Virus record (IMG/VR): IMGVR_UViG_3300025151_000042 | Span: 1-56,348 of that record | DNA from: a virus | Lineage: Duplodnaviria; Caudoviricetes | Direction: 5' to 3' (one strand) | DNA length: 56,348 nucleotides | In this document: in pieces, positions 19,914 through 29,297 of the stretch | How the letters are laid out: each line of letters begins with the position of its first letter | How positions within the stretch are numbered: the first letter of the stretch is position 1 | Program-made: the position numbers and the translations under genes | Notes under the pieces: model-generated | The model's database searches: none | Told to the model about the DNA's origin: nothing | Seen by the model: only the letters and a program-made list of their open reading frames with translations

Positions 19914-22151
19914 TTATACCCAACCCATGTTTGCCAAACCATTTCTAGCATTTTCTATCGGTTGCGTACTCCACCCTGCCAAATCAAAGTATGGCTTTAT
20001 TTTTTTTATGACAAATCTATCTACCATAACCTTACTACCTATGGTTTCTATTCCCTCTACATCCTTTGGATTGTCAAATGCTATATACTTACCATTTTCA
20101 TTTAAGGTAACTAAAAAGAATGAGCCTTTTCTATATCCTTTTCCTAGATACTCGTTAGCCCATGCCGCACCTGCTGATGAGCCGGACAGTACTTTATACT
20201 GGCTTATATCTCTCTCTAATTTACCCTTCATACATAGGTCTATTGGGTCTGTTTCTCCCTTGATTACTGAATCTACCATAGCAGACAGTCTATCGGTTAC
20301 AGCAGACTCTTGTTCATTAGTTAATATTCCGGTAATAGTATCTAACATAGCCGCCTTCATAACAGGTGGCATTCTACTTTGTTTCATCTCAATACCTTTA
20401 ACGTAAATATTCGGTTCGTGATACTCACCATCAGTCCAAGTAACCATACCTGTGTATCTATTCTTAGCCACCATTATTATGCGAGAACACCACTTCTCAA
20501 ACTCAGTAACAATAGGTTTCATTCTTTCATTAATTAACTCTAATTTTTGTAGACCCTCTTCCGGTGTAGGTATGACGCAGAATACAGAATCAGTATGTCC
20601 ATAAATAACGTCAAACCCTACCCTTTTAGCCTCATCCATAAGTTGTCCTAGAGTCTGCCTAGACGTGTATGTAATAGCAGCCGCTATTTCGGGGTGATAC
20701 ATACCAAACTTAGCATCTCCCGCTACACCATACATAGAAGCAACAAGAGTCTTGGCTGCAAACTGCATACAATCCCACTTCTTTTTCTCATCACCTTCGG
20801 TCATAATCATCTTCATCTTAAACTCACTCCTAAAGCCAGTCATCAATTCCATTTGTCTTACTAGTAATCCTTGTTCTCCCTGTGTGAACTTAGAGCCATT
20901 ACCACAATCTACACCGTTCTCATCTAGCGTGTCCCAACTGATGTTATATTTAGCAGCATTGGAATGATACATGGCTCTTATATCTAAGATACCTACGTTA
21001 TCATATACACCTGCCTCTACCTTTAGAATCTCAGCACCCTCATAATCTACTTTAGCGAATTGAGGTTGCGAAGGTATTTTTCTATCAAACTGTTTATCTC
21101 TTAAAACTAAGTTAGTAAACATCTTAGTGATAAAGGGCGTACTTTTTATCTCACATTGTACGATATGTTGTAGGGCTGTATAGTAATCCAATGCGTTTAC
21201 TGCATCGTCTAACTTAGGTAGTAACCTAACGTCTTGTCTACAATAATGTATGTACAAATCCCTATCTTCATACCAAGATTCGTCGTGTCCTTTTTCTAAC
21301 TCAACTTTCTTTTCCCCTAATATTTCTTCCGCTACGTCGTTTAGTTTGTAAGAAGGTAGTTTTCCATTCTTCATCTCCCATAGTTTAGAAACAGCAAGCA
21401 TCAAGTCTATACAGTTTCTACCCACTATTGGCTGTTCCCAGTCTCCATACTCATACCTTAATCTCCTAAGAGGGGAGAGAGCATAAGAAGGTAGACCACA
21501 GGCTCTAGTACGCTCGACTATCTGCTTTATGTCAGCACCTACTACATACCACCCCGTAATAATATCGGGGTCGCAGTTCTTTAGTATTCTCATAAAATGT
21601 ATAAGCATGGAACGCTCACTAGGGAATCCCATAGCGGGTGTTTCGTACTTGTATTCTCCCAACTCAGAATACGGTACTCCTTCACCATCTTTCAAGTCTC
21701 TATCAGAAAGTGTCTTTTCGACAAACCATACATATTCTTTTCCGGTAAAATTATCATAGGCTACAATTACTCTCATGTGTCCTGTCGTTGGCGACCATTC
21801 ACAATCAAGATACCATGTTCTATGTTTATAGTTAGGTATAGGTTCGTTACCATCGTTAATATAATCACACAGCACTTTATTTGTGTAGGGTATGTTTGCC
21901 TCCCATGTAGAACCTACATAAGACATTTGCCTTACATCGTGTGGTGTAGCACAGTATACTTTAGTCAGAGACTCGCCATACAATCCAGTATAACCTGCCT
22001 CAGTTCTTACTGCCTCTGCAACATATGGTACGTTAGCATCTTCTATGTAACAGTAAGGCCAGTAACCACTAATAGTTTTCTCGTATCTTTTACCATTACT
22101 ATCTCTAGCCCTTATGAGAACATTTCTACCATTGGTTTTTTCTACAATCAT
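19914..22151 (-). CDS. polB: family B DNA polymerase with divergent active-site motifs
   Basis: ExoI LDCEW, ExoIII YCRQD, region II DIRAMYHS, region III KTLVASMYG, region I YGHTDS, KNRY and KGIE. Confidence 0.95.
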   Translation of the reverse strand: MIVEKTNGRNVLIRARDSNGKRYEKTISGYWPYCYIEDANVPYVAEAVRTEAGYTGLYGESLTKVYCATPHDVRQMSYVGSTWEANIPYTNKVLCDYINDGNEPIPNYKHRTWYLDCEWSPTTGHMRVIVAYDNFTGKEYVWFVEKTLSDRDLKDGEGVPYSELGEYKYETPAMGFPSERSMLIHFMRILKNCDPDIITGWYVVGADIKQIVERTRACGLPSYALSPLRRLRYEYGDWEQPIVGRNCIDLMLAVSKLWEMKNGKLPSYKLNDVAEEILGEKKVELEKGHDESWYEDRDLYIHYCRQDVRLLPKLDDAVNALDYYTALQHIVQCEIKSTPFITKMFTNLVLRDKQFDRKIPSQPQFAKVDYEGAEILKVEAGVYDNVGILDIRAMYHSNAAKYNISWDTLDENGVDCGNGSKFTQGEQGLLVRQMELMTGFRSEFKMKMIMTEGDEKKKWDCMQFAAKTLVASMYGVAGDAKFGMYHPEIAAAITYTSRQTLGQLMDEAKRVGFDVIYGHTDSVFCVIPTPEEGLQKLELINERMKPIVTEFEKWCSRIIMVAKNRYTGMVTWTDGEYHEPNIYVKGIEMKQSRMPPVMKAAMLDTITGILTNEQESAVTDRLSAMVDSVIKGETDPIDLCMKGKLERDISQYKVLSGSSAGAAWANEYLGKGYRKGSFFLVTLNENGKYIAFDNPKDVEGIETIGSKVMVDRFVIKKIKPYFDLAGWSTQPIENARNGLANMGWV

Positions 22152-22294
22152 TCCACATCATGCCTAAACATTTTAAGGTCATTACAATGCTCGCATTCAT
22201 ATATTTCAGCATTTTCTATATGTTCTACAAAAACCCAAGAGAAAGTAGCCCCGCATCTTTCGCAGTTAGGCCAACGCTGTGTGTAATTAACCAT
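22148..22294 (-). CDS. small Zn-ribbon protein
   Basis: CERC...CEHC; start at MVNY after the upstream stop. Confidence 0.6.
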   Translation of the reverse strand: MVNYTQRWPNCERCGATFSWVFVEHIENAEIYECEHCNDLKMFRHDVE

Positions 22295-22295
22295 A

Positions 22296-22556
22296 TCAAT
22301 CCAACCTTCTAGCCCCTCTACTACGGGTATCAATGTTATGGCGACGTAGCCAGTTATTGATGCACATTGGTGTTACTCCACATTCAATAGCAATAGTTTG
22401 CATATTCTTATTGTGTTTTACATACTGTGCGTGTAGCCACTCATAATCTCTATACAGAGGTTGTGAGTCAGTAGGTATGATAGTAATAGTAACCTCGTAC
22501 CCGTCAATCATTCTTTTGTTTTTCCCTAATTCTAATCCTGTCATTTCTATGTCCAT
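22296..22556 (-). CDS. helix-turn-helix protein
   Basis: WLHAQY...MQTIAIECGVTPMCINNWLRRHNI HTH pattern. Confidence 0.7.
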   Translation of the reverse strand: MDIEMTGLELGKNKRMIDGYEVTITIIPTDSQPLYRDYEWLHAQYVKHNKNMQTIAIECGVTPMCINNWLRRHNIDTRSRGARRLD

Positions 22557-22560
22557 TCAA

Positions 22561-23367
22561 TCACCCCAAGTTACCTGCTTGGAAAATAAAGTCGCCATCA
22601 CCCAATGTAATTAGCATTCTAATACCCTGTCCTTCGGGTACAAAGTTAAAAAAGTGTATATCAGCCGTTCCTGTCAACTCTTTGAAAACATACTCTAAGC
22701 CGCCATTGTAGTCGGCTTCAAATATATCTTGTGGTTTTGGGTCAATCTGTGAGATAGTTTTACCTTTAAGTTGTTTTCCAACCTCTACACATAAACCATT
22801 TTCGTCAGAAATTATTCTGTATTTGTTATATCTTTGATTATTCATATTGTCGCATCTAAACGCTTCGTATAAGGTAGTGGTATCAATACCCTCCCAAGAT
22901 GCAAACGGCTTTCTTTTAGCACCACTATTGAGCATATATGTTGTATCAGTCAAGTCTATCTTCGTAGCCAACCTAACAGATTTCGCTTCCCACTCTGCTA
23001 CATTAGAAGATGTGTGAGGAAATGCTAGAGCCTTATCAGAAGAAGTCATAGTAGTTTGTTTGTTAGATGATTTTAAGATAATTTTATCTTCTCCAATATC
23101 CAACCTAATAACACCACCATGATATTTCAACGCACCTAAGAATGCCTCTATATCAGATATAGCAAAGTCTCCTTCACCGGAACAAGGTATAGACAACAAA
23201 GTCAATGAAGTAAGGCCATCTTTGACAAGAGAGCAAGCAGTAAGTCTACCACTTGCTGCTCTCATCATTAAAGAATGAACCTGTGGTGTTACTTTTCCCG
23301 AAACATTTTGTTTTCTTTGGGACAAGGTAAGTAACCACGTTAAAGACGTGCCATCAACGGTAATCAT
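22561..23367 (-). CDS. PCNA-like DNA sliding clamp
   Basis: 268 aa with a two-fold alpha/beta clamp pattern; lies between PolB and RFC; low sequence conservation. Confidence 0.6.
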   Translation of the reverse strand: MITVDGTSLTWLLTLSQRKQNVSGKVTPQVHSLMMRAASGRLTACSLVKDGLTSLTLLSIPCSGEGDFAISDIEAFLGALKYHGGVIRLDIGEDKIILKSSNKQTTMTSSDKALAFPHTSSNVAEWEAKSVRLATKIDLTDTTYMLNSGAKRKPFASWEGIDTTTLYEAFRCDNMNNQRYNKYRIISDENGLCVEVGKQLKGKTISQIDPKPQDIFEADYNGGLEYVFKELTGTADIHFFNFVPEGQGIRMLITLGDGDFIFQAGNLG

Positions 23368-23371
23368 ATAA

Positions 23372-24316
23372 TCACTCCATAAACGGTAGACCTAACCACT
23401 CTACGTTACCATTGGAAACTTTTAGAATGTCGTGCTTTGTACCCACCATTTCTATGTTGTTACCTTTCATTTCTTCTATGGTAGCACGTACAACCCATTC
23501 ACCTTCGTTGAGTGTTCTATCACCCTCAACACCGGAAGCAGGGTCAGCCTTCTTCATGTATCGGTTTAGGAAAACTTGTTGTGAGAACTTACGCATAGTA
23601 CCCTTTTCCCATTCCGGTCTAAAACCAACAGTCATTAGTACCTTTTTACCTGTACCGTCATCCATATATTGTTGTACTGCCTTGAGATGGAAAGTAAAGT
23701 AAACTTTAGCCACGTTAAGACTGTGTAATCTAGTCAGAACATTTCTGTAAAGCCTGTTTCTCTCTCGCCATTCTTTTTGGTTAAAAGTACCATCTTCTGT
23801 TTCAATGACACCACGACTTAGTAATGATGCTCTCATAGCGTGTTCACACCATTTCAAGAATGTAGAACCACCATCAAAGATGACACCACCTACTGAGTCG
23901 GGGTCATTCTTAACTTTCTCAGCAAGTATATTAACATACCAAGATGTCTTGTCAAGTAGAGCCTTGTAATCTACGTTGTTATCCGCATCAAAGATAGAAT
24001 CGTCAGTCTCGTCATGTAATGGTAACACAACTATATTAGTTGCGTTAGGAAATACATGGTCTACGGTAGACTTTGCAGAGTTATCTATGTCAAAAATATA
24101 GATTGTTTTACCTGCTGCTATTTCTTTAGTTAGGCAAGAGAGAGCCAAACCTGTTTTAGCCGTGTTTTCATGACCTACAAAGGCCGCACGATGTGTTATG
24201 GCCTGTATAGTATTGTTCTCAAACAGATTCTTGTAATAAGATTCATCGAATCTATTTACAGGTTCAGCAGTCTTTGGTGTAGTCGTAGGTTTTGCTTGTG
24301 TTCCCCATGCGCTCAT
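23372..24316 (-). CDS. RecA-superfamily ATPase (Sak4/RadB-like)
   Basis: Walker A variant GHENTAKT, IFDID, Walker B VIFDG and FTFH strand. Confidence 0.7.
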   Translation of the reverse strand: MSAWGTQAKPTTTPKTAEPVNRFDESYYKNLFENNTIQAITHRAAFVGHENTAKTGLALSCLTKEIAAGKTIYIFDIDNSAKSTVDHVFPNATNIVVLPLHDETDDSIFDADNNVDYKALLDKTSWYVNILAEKVKNDPDSVGGVIFDGGSTFLKWCEHAMRASLLSRGVIETEDGTFNQKEWRERNRLYRNVLTRLHSLNVAKVYFTFHLKAVQQYMDDGTGKKVLMTVGFRPEWEKGTMRKFSQQVFLNRYMKKADPASGVEGDRTLNEGEWVVRATIEEMKGNNIEMVGTKHDILKVSNGNVEWLGLPFME

Positions 24317-24330
24317 ATATATTCCTCTGA

Positions 24331-24348
24331 TGTATTAGGGTTATAAAC
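24331..24348 (-). promoter_or_regulatory. promoter GTTTATAACCCTAATACA (identical copy at 28279-28296)
   Basis: 18-bp exact repeat, each starting 32 nt upstream of an ATG (24316 and 28264). Confidence 0.75.
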
Positions 24349-25885
24349 TTTCAGTTAATATCGCTGCATCAGTCATAAGAAGTAATGCTGCCACGCTAAC
24401 CGCAGATTCTAAACTGTTAATTGTAACCTGTACAGGGTCAATAACTCCATCATTAAATGCGTTTCTAACCTCAGTAGTTTTACCACAAATATATTGTTTG
24501 TACGTATGTATAGGTATCTCGCCCGTATTATTACCTGCATTCTGTATTATTGCAGTTATAGGTGCTAATAATCCAAGATTAAATAACTTCTTAATATGGT
24601 AATCAACATCTTCGGGGTGTTGTGACAATTTCATTCTAGCAAAGTATAGTGCTGAACCACCACCTGCGACCACGCCACTATCCATAGCCAAACGACAGGC
24701 GTTTACTGCATCATCTACACGTTCCTTTCTTTCTAGTTGTTCGACTTCTGATTTACCACCGACATATATTTTAGATATGCCGTTAGTCAATCTTGATATA
24801 CGATTGTTATAGTATTGTTGCATCCAATCATTAGTTGCTTCATCTTCATAACAGGCCAAAGAATCTAAGTGTTCGTTTAATTCATCGGACGGCTCTCCAC
24901 TCGATGTTATAATAGTAGTCAAAGCAGAAGATTGTATTTTCTCACAAGAGCCAACATCAAATGACGTTAGTTTCGTGATAGATTCTCCTAGAGAAGTCTT
25001 AAACAAATTACTCTTAGTAACTAATGCTATATCTTCTAACCATGCTTGTTGTTCTTCCGGCATACCCGAAGGTTTGACTAACAACGCACTTATTTTACCT
25101 TGTGCTATGTTGACTAAAAGATTCTGTAACGCTTGATGATTAAAGTCAGCACAGAATATAGCAATAGGTTTGTTGTCTTTGACTGCTAACTCTAAAGCAG
25201 GTATCAAAGCATTGAATGTCTCTATCCTTTCAGTAGTAACTACAACCATAGGGTTATCTAAGATGCATCTAGCCTTCGGACTGTTAATCATAATGTTGTG
25301 TGCGTAACCCGCTAAAACTTCTAATCCTTGCACATCTTCCGTGTATGTTTCATAAGTAGGACTTTTTTCTATCGTAATAGTACCCTTACTGCCTGTCTTA
25401 TTGATAACTTCTGCTATCATTTTACCTAATTCGGGGTCATTGTTAGCAGCAATAGTAGCCACATCTTCGATAGAAAAGTCATCGGTCTTGATGTCATTAA
25501 GATAATCTATTGTCTCTTCTAAGTAATAACCCAAAGCATCTCTTATAACAATAGGACTAACGCCCTGTTCTATTAAGGAAAGAGAACCATTACACAAAGC
25601 CTGTGCTATCAATGTAGCAGTAGTAGTACCATCACCCGATTTTTCCTGTGCTTCTGATGCGACCTCTTTAAGAAGGTCTATACCCATTTGTACATAGGGG
25701 TCTTTATCATTGATAGCCCTAGCAACAGTAACACCGTCGTTGAGAATGACAGGCATACCCGCAGGGTTTTGTATGATAACTGTTCTAGCATTTACACCTA
25801 GAGTACCTTTGACTGCGTTAGCAACCTTGTTTACACCTTTGAGTAATTTGACCTTAGCATCCATTCCTGTTAATATTGTTTCCAT
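24341..25885 (-). CDS. groEL: group I chaperonin GroEL
   Basis: AVKGTLG, NDGVTVA, GDGTTTAT, ATIAANND, VDDAVNA, GVVAGGG and GVIDP; GroEL-type apical domain. Confidence 0.95.
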   Translation of the reverse strand: METILTGMDAKVKLLKGVNKVANAVKGTLGVNARTVIIQNPAGMPVILNDGVTVARAINDKDPYVQMGIDLLKEVASEAQEKSGDGTTTATLIAQALCNGSLSLIEQGVSPIVIRDALGYYLEETIDYLNDIKTDDFSIEDVATIAANNDPELGKMIAEVINKTGSKGTITIEKSPTYETYTEDVQGLEVLAGYAHNIMINSPKARCILDNPMVVVTTERIETFNALIPALELAVKDNKPIAIFCADFNHQALQNLLVNIAQGKISALLVKPSGMPEEQQAWLEDIALVTKSNLFKTSLGESITKLTSFDVGSCEKIQSSALTTIITSSGEPSDELNEHLDSLACYEDEATNDWMQQYYNNRISRLTNGISKIYVGGKSEVEQLERKERVDDAVNACRLAMDSGVVAGGGSALYFARMKLSQHPEDVDYHIKKLFNLGLLAPITAIIQNAGNNTGEIPIHTYKQYICGKTTEVRNAFNDGVIDPVQVTINSLESAVSVAALLLMTDAAILTESL

Positions 25886-25894
25886 AAAAATACC

Positions 25895-26188
25895 TCACAA
25901 AAAGTCCGGTTCTTCACCGTAGTATTCTTCTCCACCTATATAGTAAGGCACTTCTTCACCATCAAATGCTAATATAGCACTATGGTGTAGACACACTCTA
26001 CCATCATCTAGAGTCATTTCTATACTATCGCCATTGAATAGTACGGTGTCTCCGACCCCTATTGCTAGGGGTACTAGAGAACCAATACTATCTACGACAT
26101 ATTCTTTTGCGGTAATAAGACCTGTGGTACTTATTGTCTCAGCCATCTTTAGGATAACGTATTCTCCTACAGCCTTCATTGTTCCCAC
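25895..26188 (-). CDS. groES: co-chaperonin GroES
   Basis: MKAVGEYVILK...TGLI...VVDSIG...VGDTVLF...ILA; adjacent to groEL. Confidence 0.8.
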   Translation of the reverse strand: MGTMKAVGEYVILKMAETISTTGLITAKEYVVDSIGSLVPLAIGVGDTVLFNGDSIEMTLDDGRVCLHHSAILAFDGEEVPYYIGGEEYYGEEPDFL

Positions 26189-27345
26189 CCATCGTTTTCA
26201 ACGACAGGCTCTACCATTTGAGGAATAGCGTCGAAAGCATACCAACCATTGACTGATAGCCTATCTTCACCTTCTCTACTTCTCCAAGCCCCACCTAGTA
26301 GTAGCATCTTTGTTCCTACTGCAAAGTCAATTTCTTCATCACAATATACATCAACTGTACCTGCCATAGAAGTAATATCTGTATCAGCACATACTAGGAT
26401 GTAACCGCCATTGTCTCTTGGGTCTATGTGTATTACCTCAGTAATAACAGCACAGTTTCTATCCCACCAACCTTCTTGACCGTTGAAGGTATCGTAGTAA
26501 GTACCTAAACCTGCGAGGTTAGGTAGAAGATTTTCATTACCAATCAAATCACCAATAATATCAGTAGGTGAACCACTAAACAGATTAGCCAAAGAAGCAT
26601 CAGTAGTTGGTACTGAGACATCAGCATTTAGGTAACATCTATCATTATTACCACCCTTCATAGGAATAGTTAACGGAGTAAATGTAGGGAACTGCCTATC
26701 AGCAGCAGCACCATTACCACTTACTTTAAGTATTTTTAAGGAATCATTAGTTCCTTGTTTACGGCCATAGAACAATGATGTTCTTTCTCTCTCATCTTGA
26801 GGGCGAGCCGCACCGTATTTGAAGTTAGCATCACCGGATGGGAATGTCGGGTTGTTTTTATCCCACACTACATAGAAATGTGTGTTACCATCTAGTCTCA
26901 TTGTGTGTTTTGGTAGAGAAGATACGTCAGACTCAGTACCAATACCGAACATTTCTGCCGCAAGTCTTGTGTATGTACCGTCATTGTTATCTTCAAAGAC
27001 AACAACTGCCCCACTATCAATCAGTACTTGACGTACATCATCAGTAGCAGTCATAAGTTGATTCTTCATCTTATTGTATAGGATTTTACCCCATTCTTTA
27101 GGGCGTGGTACAGAGATAAACATACCTTCGTAGACATCCGAGCCTGTTCTTTTTAGTCTAGCAGTTTCAGAAGAGATTTGGCGACCTGCGACTCTTAGTG
27201 CAAGTACGGCACAATCTTCATCAGAGCGACCTGCATTTTTCCATGCAGCCCCCTGCTCTACAAGGACTGTATCAGCCCTCTCTTGCACCATCTCCGGTGC
27301 GACGTTCAATGTTTTAGCAATATTTTCAAGCATCTGATTTGACAT
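26176..27345 (-). CDS. OB-fold single-stranded DNA-binding protein (RPA-like)
   Basis: C-terminal OB-fold pattern (LVCADTD...FAVGTKMLLLG...LSVNGW), acidic tail, replication-module context. Confidence 0.55.
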   Translation of the reverse strand: MSNQMLENIAKTLNVAPEMVQERADTVLVEQGAAWKNAGRSDEDCAVLALRVAGRQISSETARLKRTGSDVYEGMFISVPRPKEWGKILYNKMKNQLMTATDDVRQVLIDSGAVVVFEDNNDGTYTRLAAEMFGIGTESDVSSLPKHTMRLDGNTHFYVVWDKNNPTFPSGDANFKYGAARPQDERERTSLFYGRKQGTNDSLKILKVSGNGAAADRQFPTFTPLTIPMKGGNNDRCYLNADVSVPTTDASLANLFSGSPTDIIGDLIGNENLLPNLAGLGTYYDTFNGQEGWWDRNCAVITEVIHIDPRDNGGYILVCADTDITSMAGTVDVYCDEEIDFAVGTKMLLLGGAWRSREGEDRLSVNGWYAFDAIPQMVEPVVENDGWEQ

Positions 27346-27385
27346 CTTTAATACCTCAGTTATTTTATCGTGTCCATTAATACGG

Positions 27386-28264
27386 TTATAAAGAATGCGG
27401 TTGCATTAGCATTCTTAAGAAATTACCCTTAACAATATCTTCGTCAACACCGCTAATTAAATCTCTTTCGGCTGTTATAGCCGCATCAATGACTGTCATT
27501 TTGCCTTCGCTACTAGCGTCGGACTCTATTGCGTAATCAAATACGCTTCTTATGGTCTGCCTTACATCGTTCTTACCAAAGAACTTGACGGCATTCTTGA
27601 AATCTTTCTCTCTGAAACATAGAGTCAATAGAAACTTACTATCAAACTCTTTTACCGTTAAACTATGTACGAATGCTTTTCCTTTCTCTTCACCTAAAGA
27701 ATCGTAAGCCTGTAAAGCATTGATAGCATTTCTCAAATCACCACTATGTGCTTCACAAATCATACGAAGATGTGCCTCTGTTATAATCACATTTTCGGCT
27801 ACAACAATCTGTTGTAGTCTCTTGTACATTTCATTTATCTCTATCGGCCTAAACTCTAATGTCCTACATCTTGAACGTAAGTAAGGACTTACTTTTTCGA
27901 TATTATTACAAGTAAGAATAAAGTAACCCTGTGCATTCTCTATCACACCTTTCAAAGCCCCCTGTGCTTCCGGTGTCAATTGGTCTGCTTCGTCTAACAA
28001 GATGTATTGATTATAGTTACCGGAACGTGTCAAGGGTAACAACTCTTCTTCTACAAATGCTATACCTCTAGTATTCTTGGAAGAAGCATTGAATATATGT
28101 AAGGGGAAGCCCCTTTCGTTGGCGATAACGTGAGCATAAGTAGTTTTACCGACACCTGCTTCCTTACTGTGCAATAGAAGGTGTTGGTCTAAATTAGAGA
28201 AATTGTTGTTAGCGACCATTTCATCGAATGTAGTAGGTCTGTATTTAGTAGCCCATGTTACCAT
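27386..28264 (-). CDS. rfcS: replication factor C small subunit (clamp loader)
   Basis: WATKYRP, GVGKTT, NASS, LDEAD, SRC and GDLRNAIN. Confidence 0.95.
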   Translation of the reverse strand: MVTWATKYRPTTFDEMVANNNFSNLDQHLLLHSKEAGVGKTTYAHVIANERGFPLHIFNASSKNTRGIAFVEEELLPLTRSGNYNQYILLDEADQLTPEAQGALKGVIENAQGYFILTCNNIEKVSPYLRSRCRTLEFRPIEINEMYKRLQQIVVAENVIITEAHLRMICEAHSGDLRNAINALQAYDSLGEEKGKAFVHSLTVKEFDSKFLLTLCFREKDFKNAVKFFGKNDVRQTIRSVFDYAIESDASSEGKMTVIDAAITAERDLISGVDEDIVKGNFLRMLMQPHSL

Positions 28265-28278
28265 GAGAAAAACTGTGT

Positions 28279-28296
28279 TGTATTAGGGTTATAAAC
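28279..28296 (-). promoter_or_regulatory. promoter GTTTATAACCCTAATACA
   Basis: Identical to 24331-24348. Confidence 0.75.
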
Positions 28297-28297
28297 A

Positions 28298-28645
28298 TTA
28301 TCTGTTTAATGACTCTAACAGGAATGCGTTGGCTGCATCGAACAAATGTAGAATCTCACCATGACTACTTCTACCCATCATCTCACCGTGAAACTTCTCA
28401 GTATCTAGTGCTATAACCATACCCATCATTATACCCTTTAGATATTCGGGTGTCAATCTTTCTGCAATCACGTCATCCATTTCCTCATCTTCATCGGGGT
28501 CTGTAAAGTAATCTAATACTGTTCTGATAAAATTACTTTCGGAAATGTGGGCGGGAGAGAGTAAATACGATAGGTCGTAATTATGGTGGGTATGATACAT
28601 GGCTGACAGAATGCTACTAATATCCTCTCGCATCATCTCCCCCAT
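28298..28645 (-). CDS. acidic hypothetical protein
   Basis: Co-oriented ORF with GAGGT SD. Confidence 0.6.
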   Translation of the reverse strand: MGEMMREDISSILSAMYHTHHNYDLSYLLSPAHISESNFIRTVLDYFTDPDEDEEMDDVIAERLTPEYLKGIMMGMVIALDTEKFHGEMMGRSSHGEILHLFDAANAFLLESLNR

Positions 28646-28667
28646 GTATATCTACCTCATTAGTGTG

Positions 28668-29069
28668 TTATGAATTATTCCTAACACAATGTAGACAAAC
28701 CTTTGAATCCGGTGGAAAAACCCTTATCCTTCCACACGTACATTGTTCGGCTTGTCTCCTTTGTGTTGGTGTCATCACGGTAGGAGTACGGCTATAAACT
28801 ATATCCTCTTCTGCCTTAATTAAGTCTCTATTTATGTCATAAATAAGATGGCTAGCCTTTAGACCGACAGCATTCTCTACTTTCTCAGAGCCGACAGCAA
28901 CAATCTGAGGATTCTTAGATAAAAGAGCCGATAAACTATGGGGTGAAGGTACTGCCCTAACATTCTTATCACTAGACAGCCTTTGTGCAACTGCTTCTTT
29001 AGTCATAGCCCCATGTTTCCATAGGATGTCTACGATAAGCCGACGAACCCGTCGGTTGTTTGCACTCAT
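28668..29069 (-). CDS. winged-helix protein with C-terminal Zn finger
   Basis: IVDILWKHGAMTKEAV...SLSALLSKNP; CTC...CLHC. Confidence 0.6.
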   Translation of the reverse strand: MSANNRRVRRLIVDILWKHGAMTKEAVAQRLSSDKNVRAVPSPHSLSALLSKNPQIVAVGSEKVENAVGLKASHLIYDINRDLIKAEEDIVYSRTPTVMTPTQRRQAEQCTCGRIRVFPPDSKVCLHCVRNNS

Positions 29070-29096
29070 GTATAAATGTTATCACTATGGTTCTTA

Positions 29097-29297
29097 TTAA
29101 TGGTTTCCCATATCCGACCAAAAAACACTATTTGCTAGGTAATTGGTTGCGTCAACCTCAGAATCTTCCGTTTTGTAATTTGATTTATTTTTATCTTCAA
29201 AACATTCGATACCTGTTACATCTAGACCTATTACATCTTTAATAAAAAGATGAAAAAAATAAAAAAGAATGAAAAATACTACTATCTCTAAACCCAT
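29097..29297 (-). CDS. small membrane protein
   Basis: N-terminal hydrophobic helix. Confidence 0.5.
   Translation of the reverse strand: MGLEIVVFFILFYFFHLFIKDVIGLDVTGIECFEDKNKSNYKTEDSEVDATNYLANSVFWSDMGNH

Noticed and set aside
24341-25885. Thermosome (group II chaperonin)
   Set aside because: The motifs and the adjacent GroES indicate group I.
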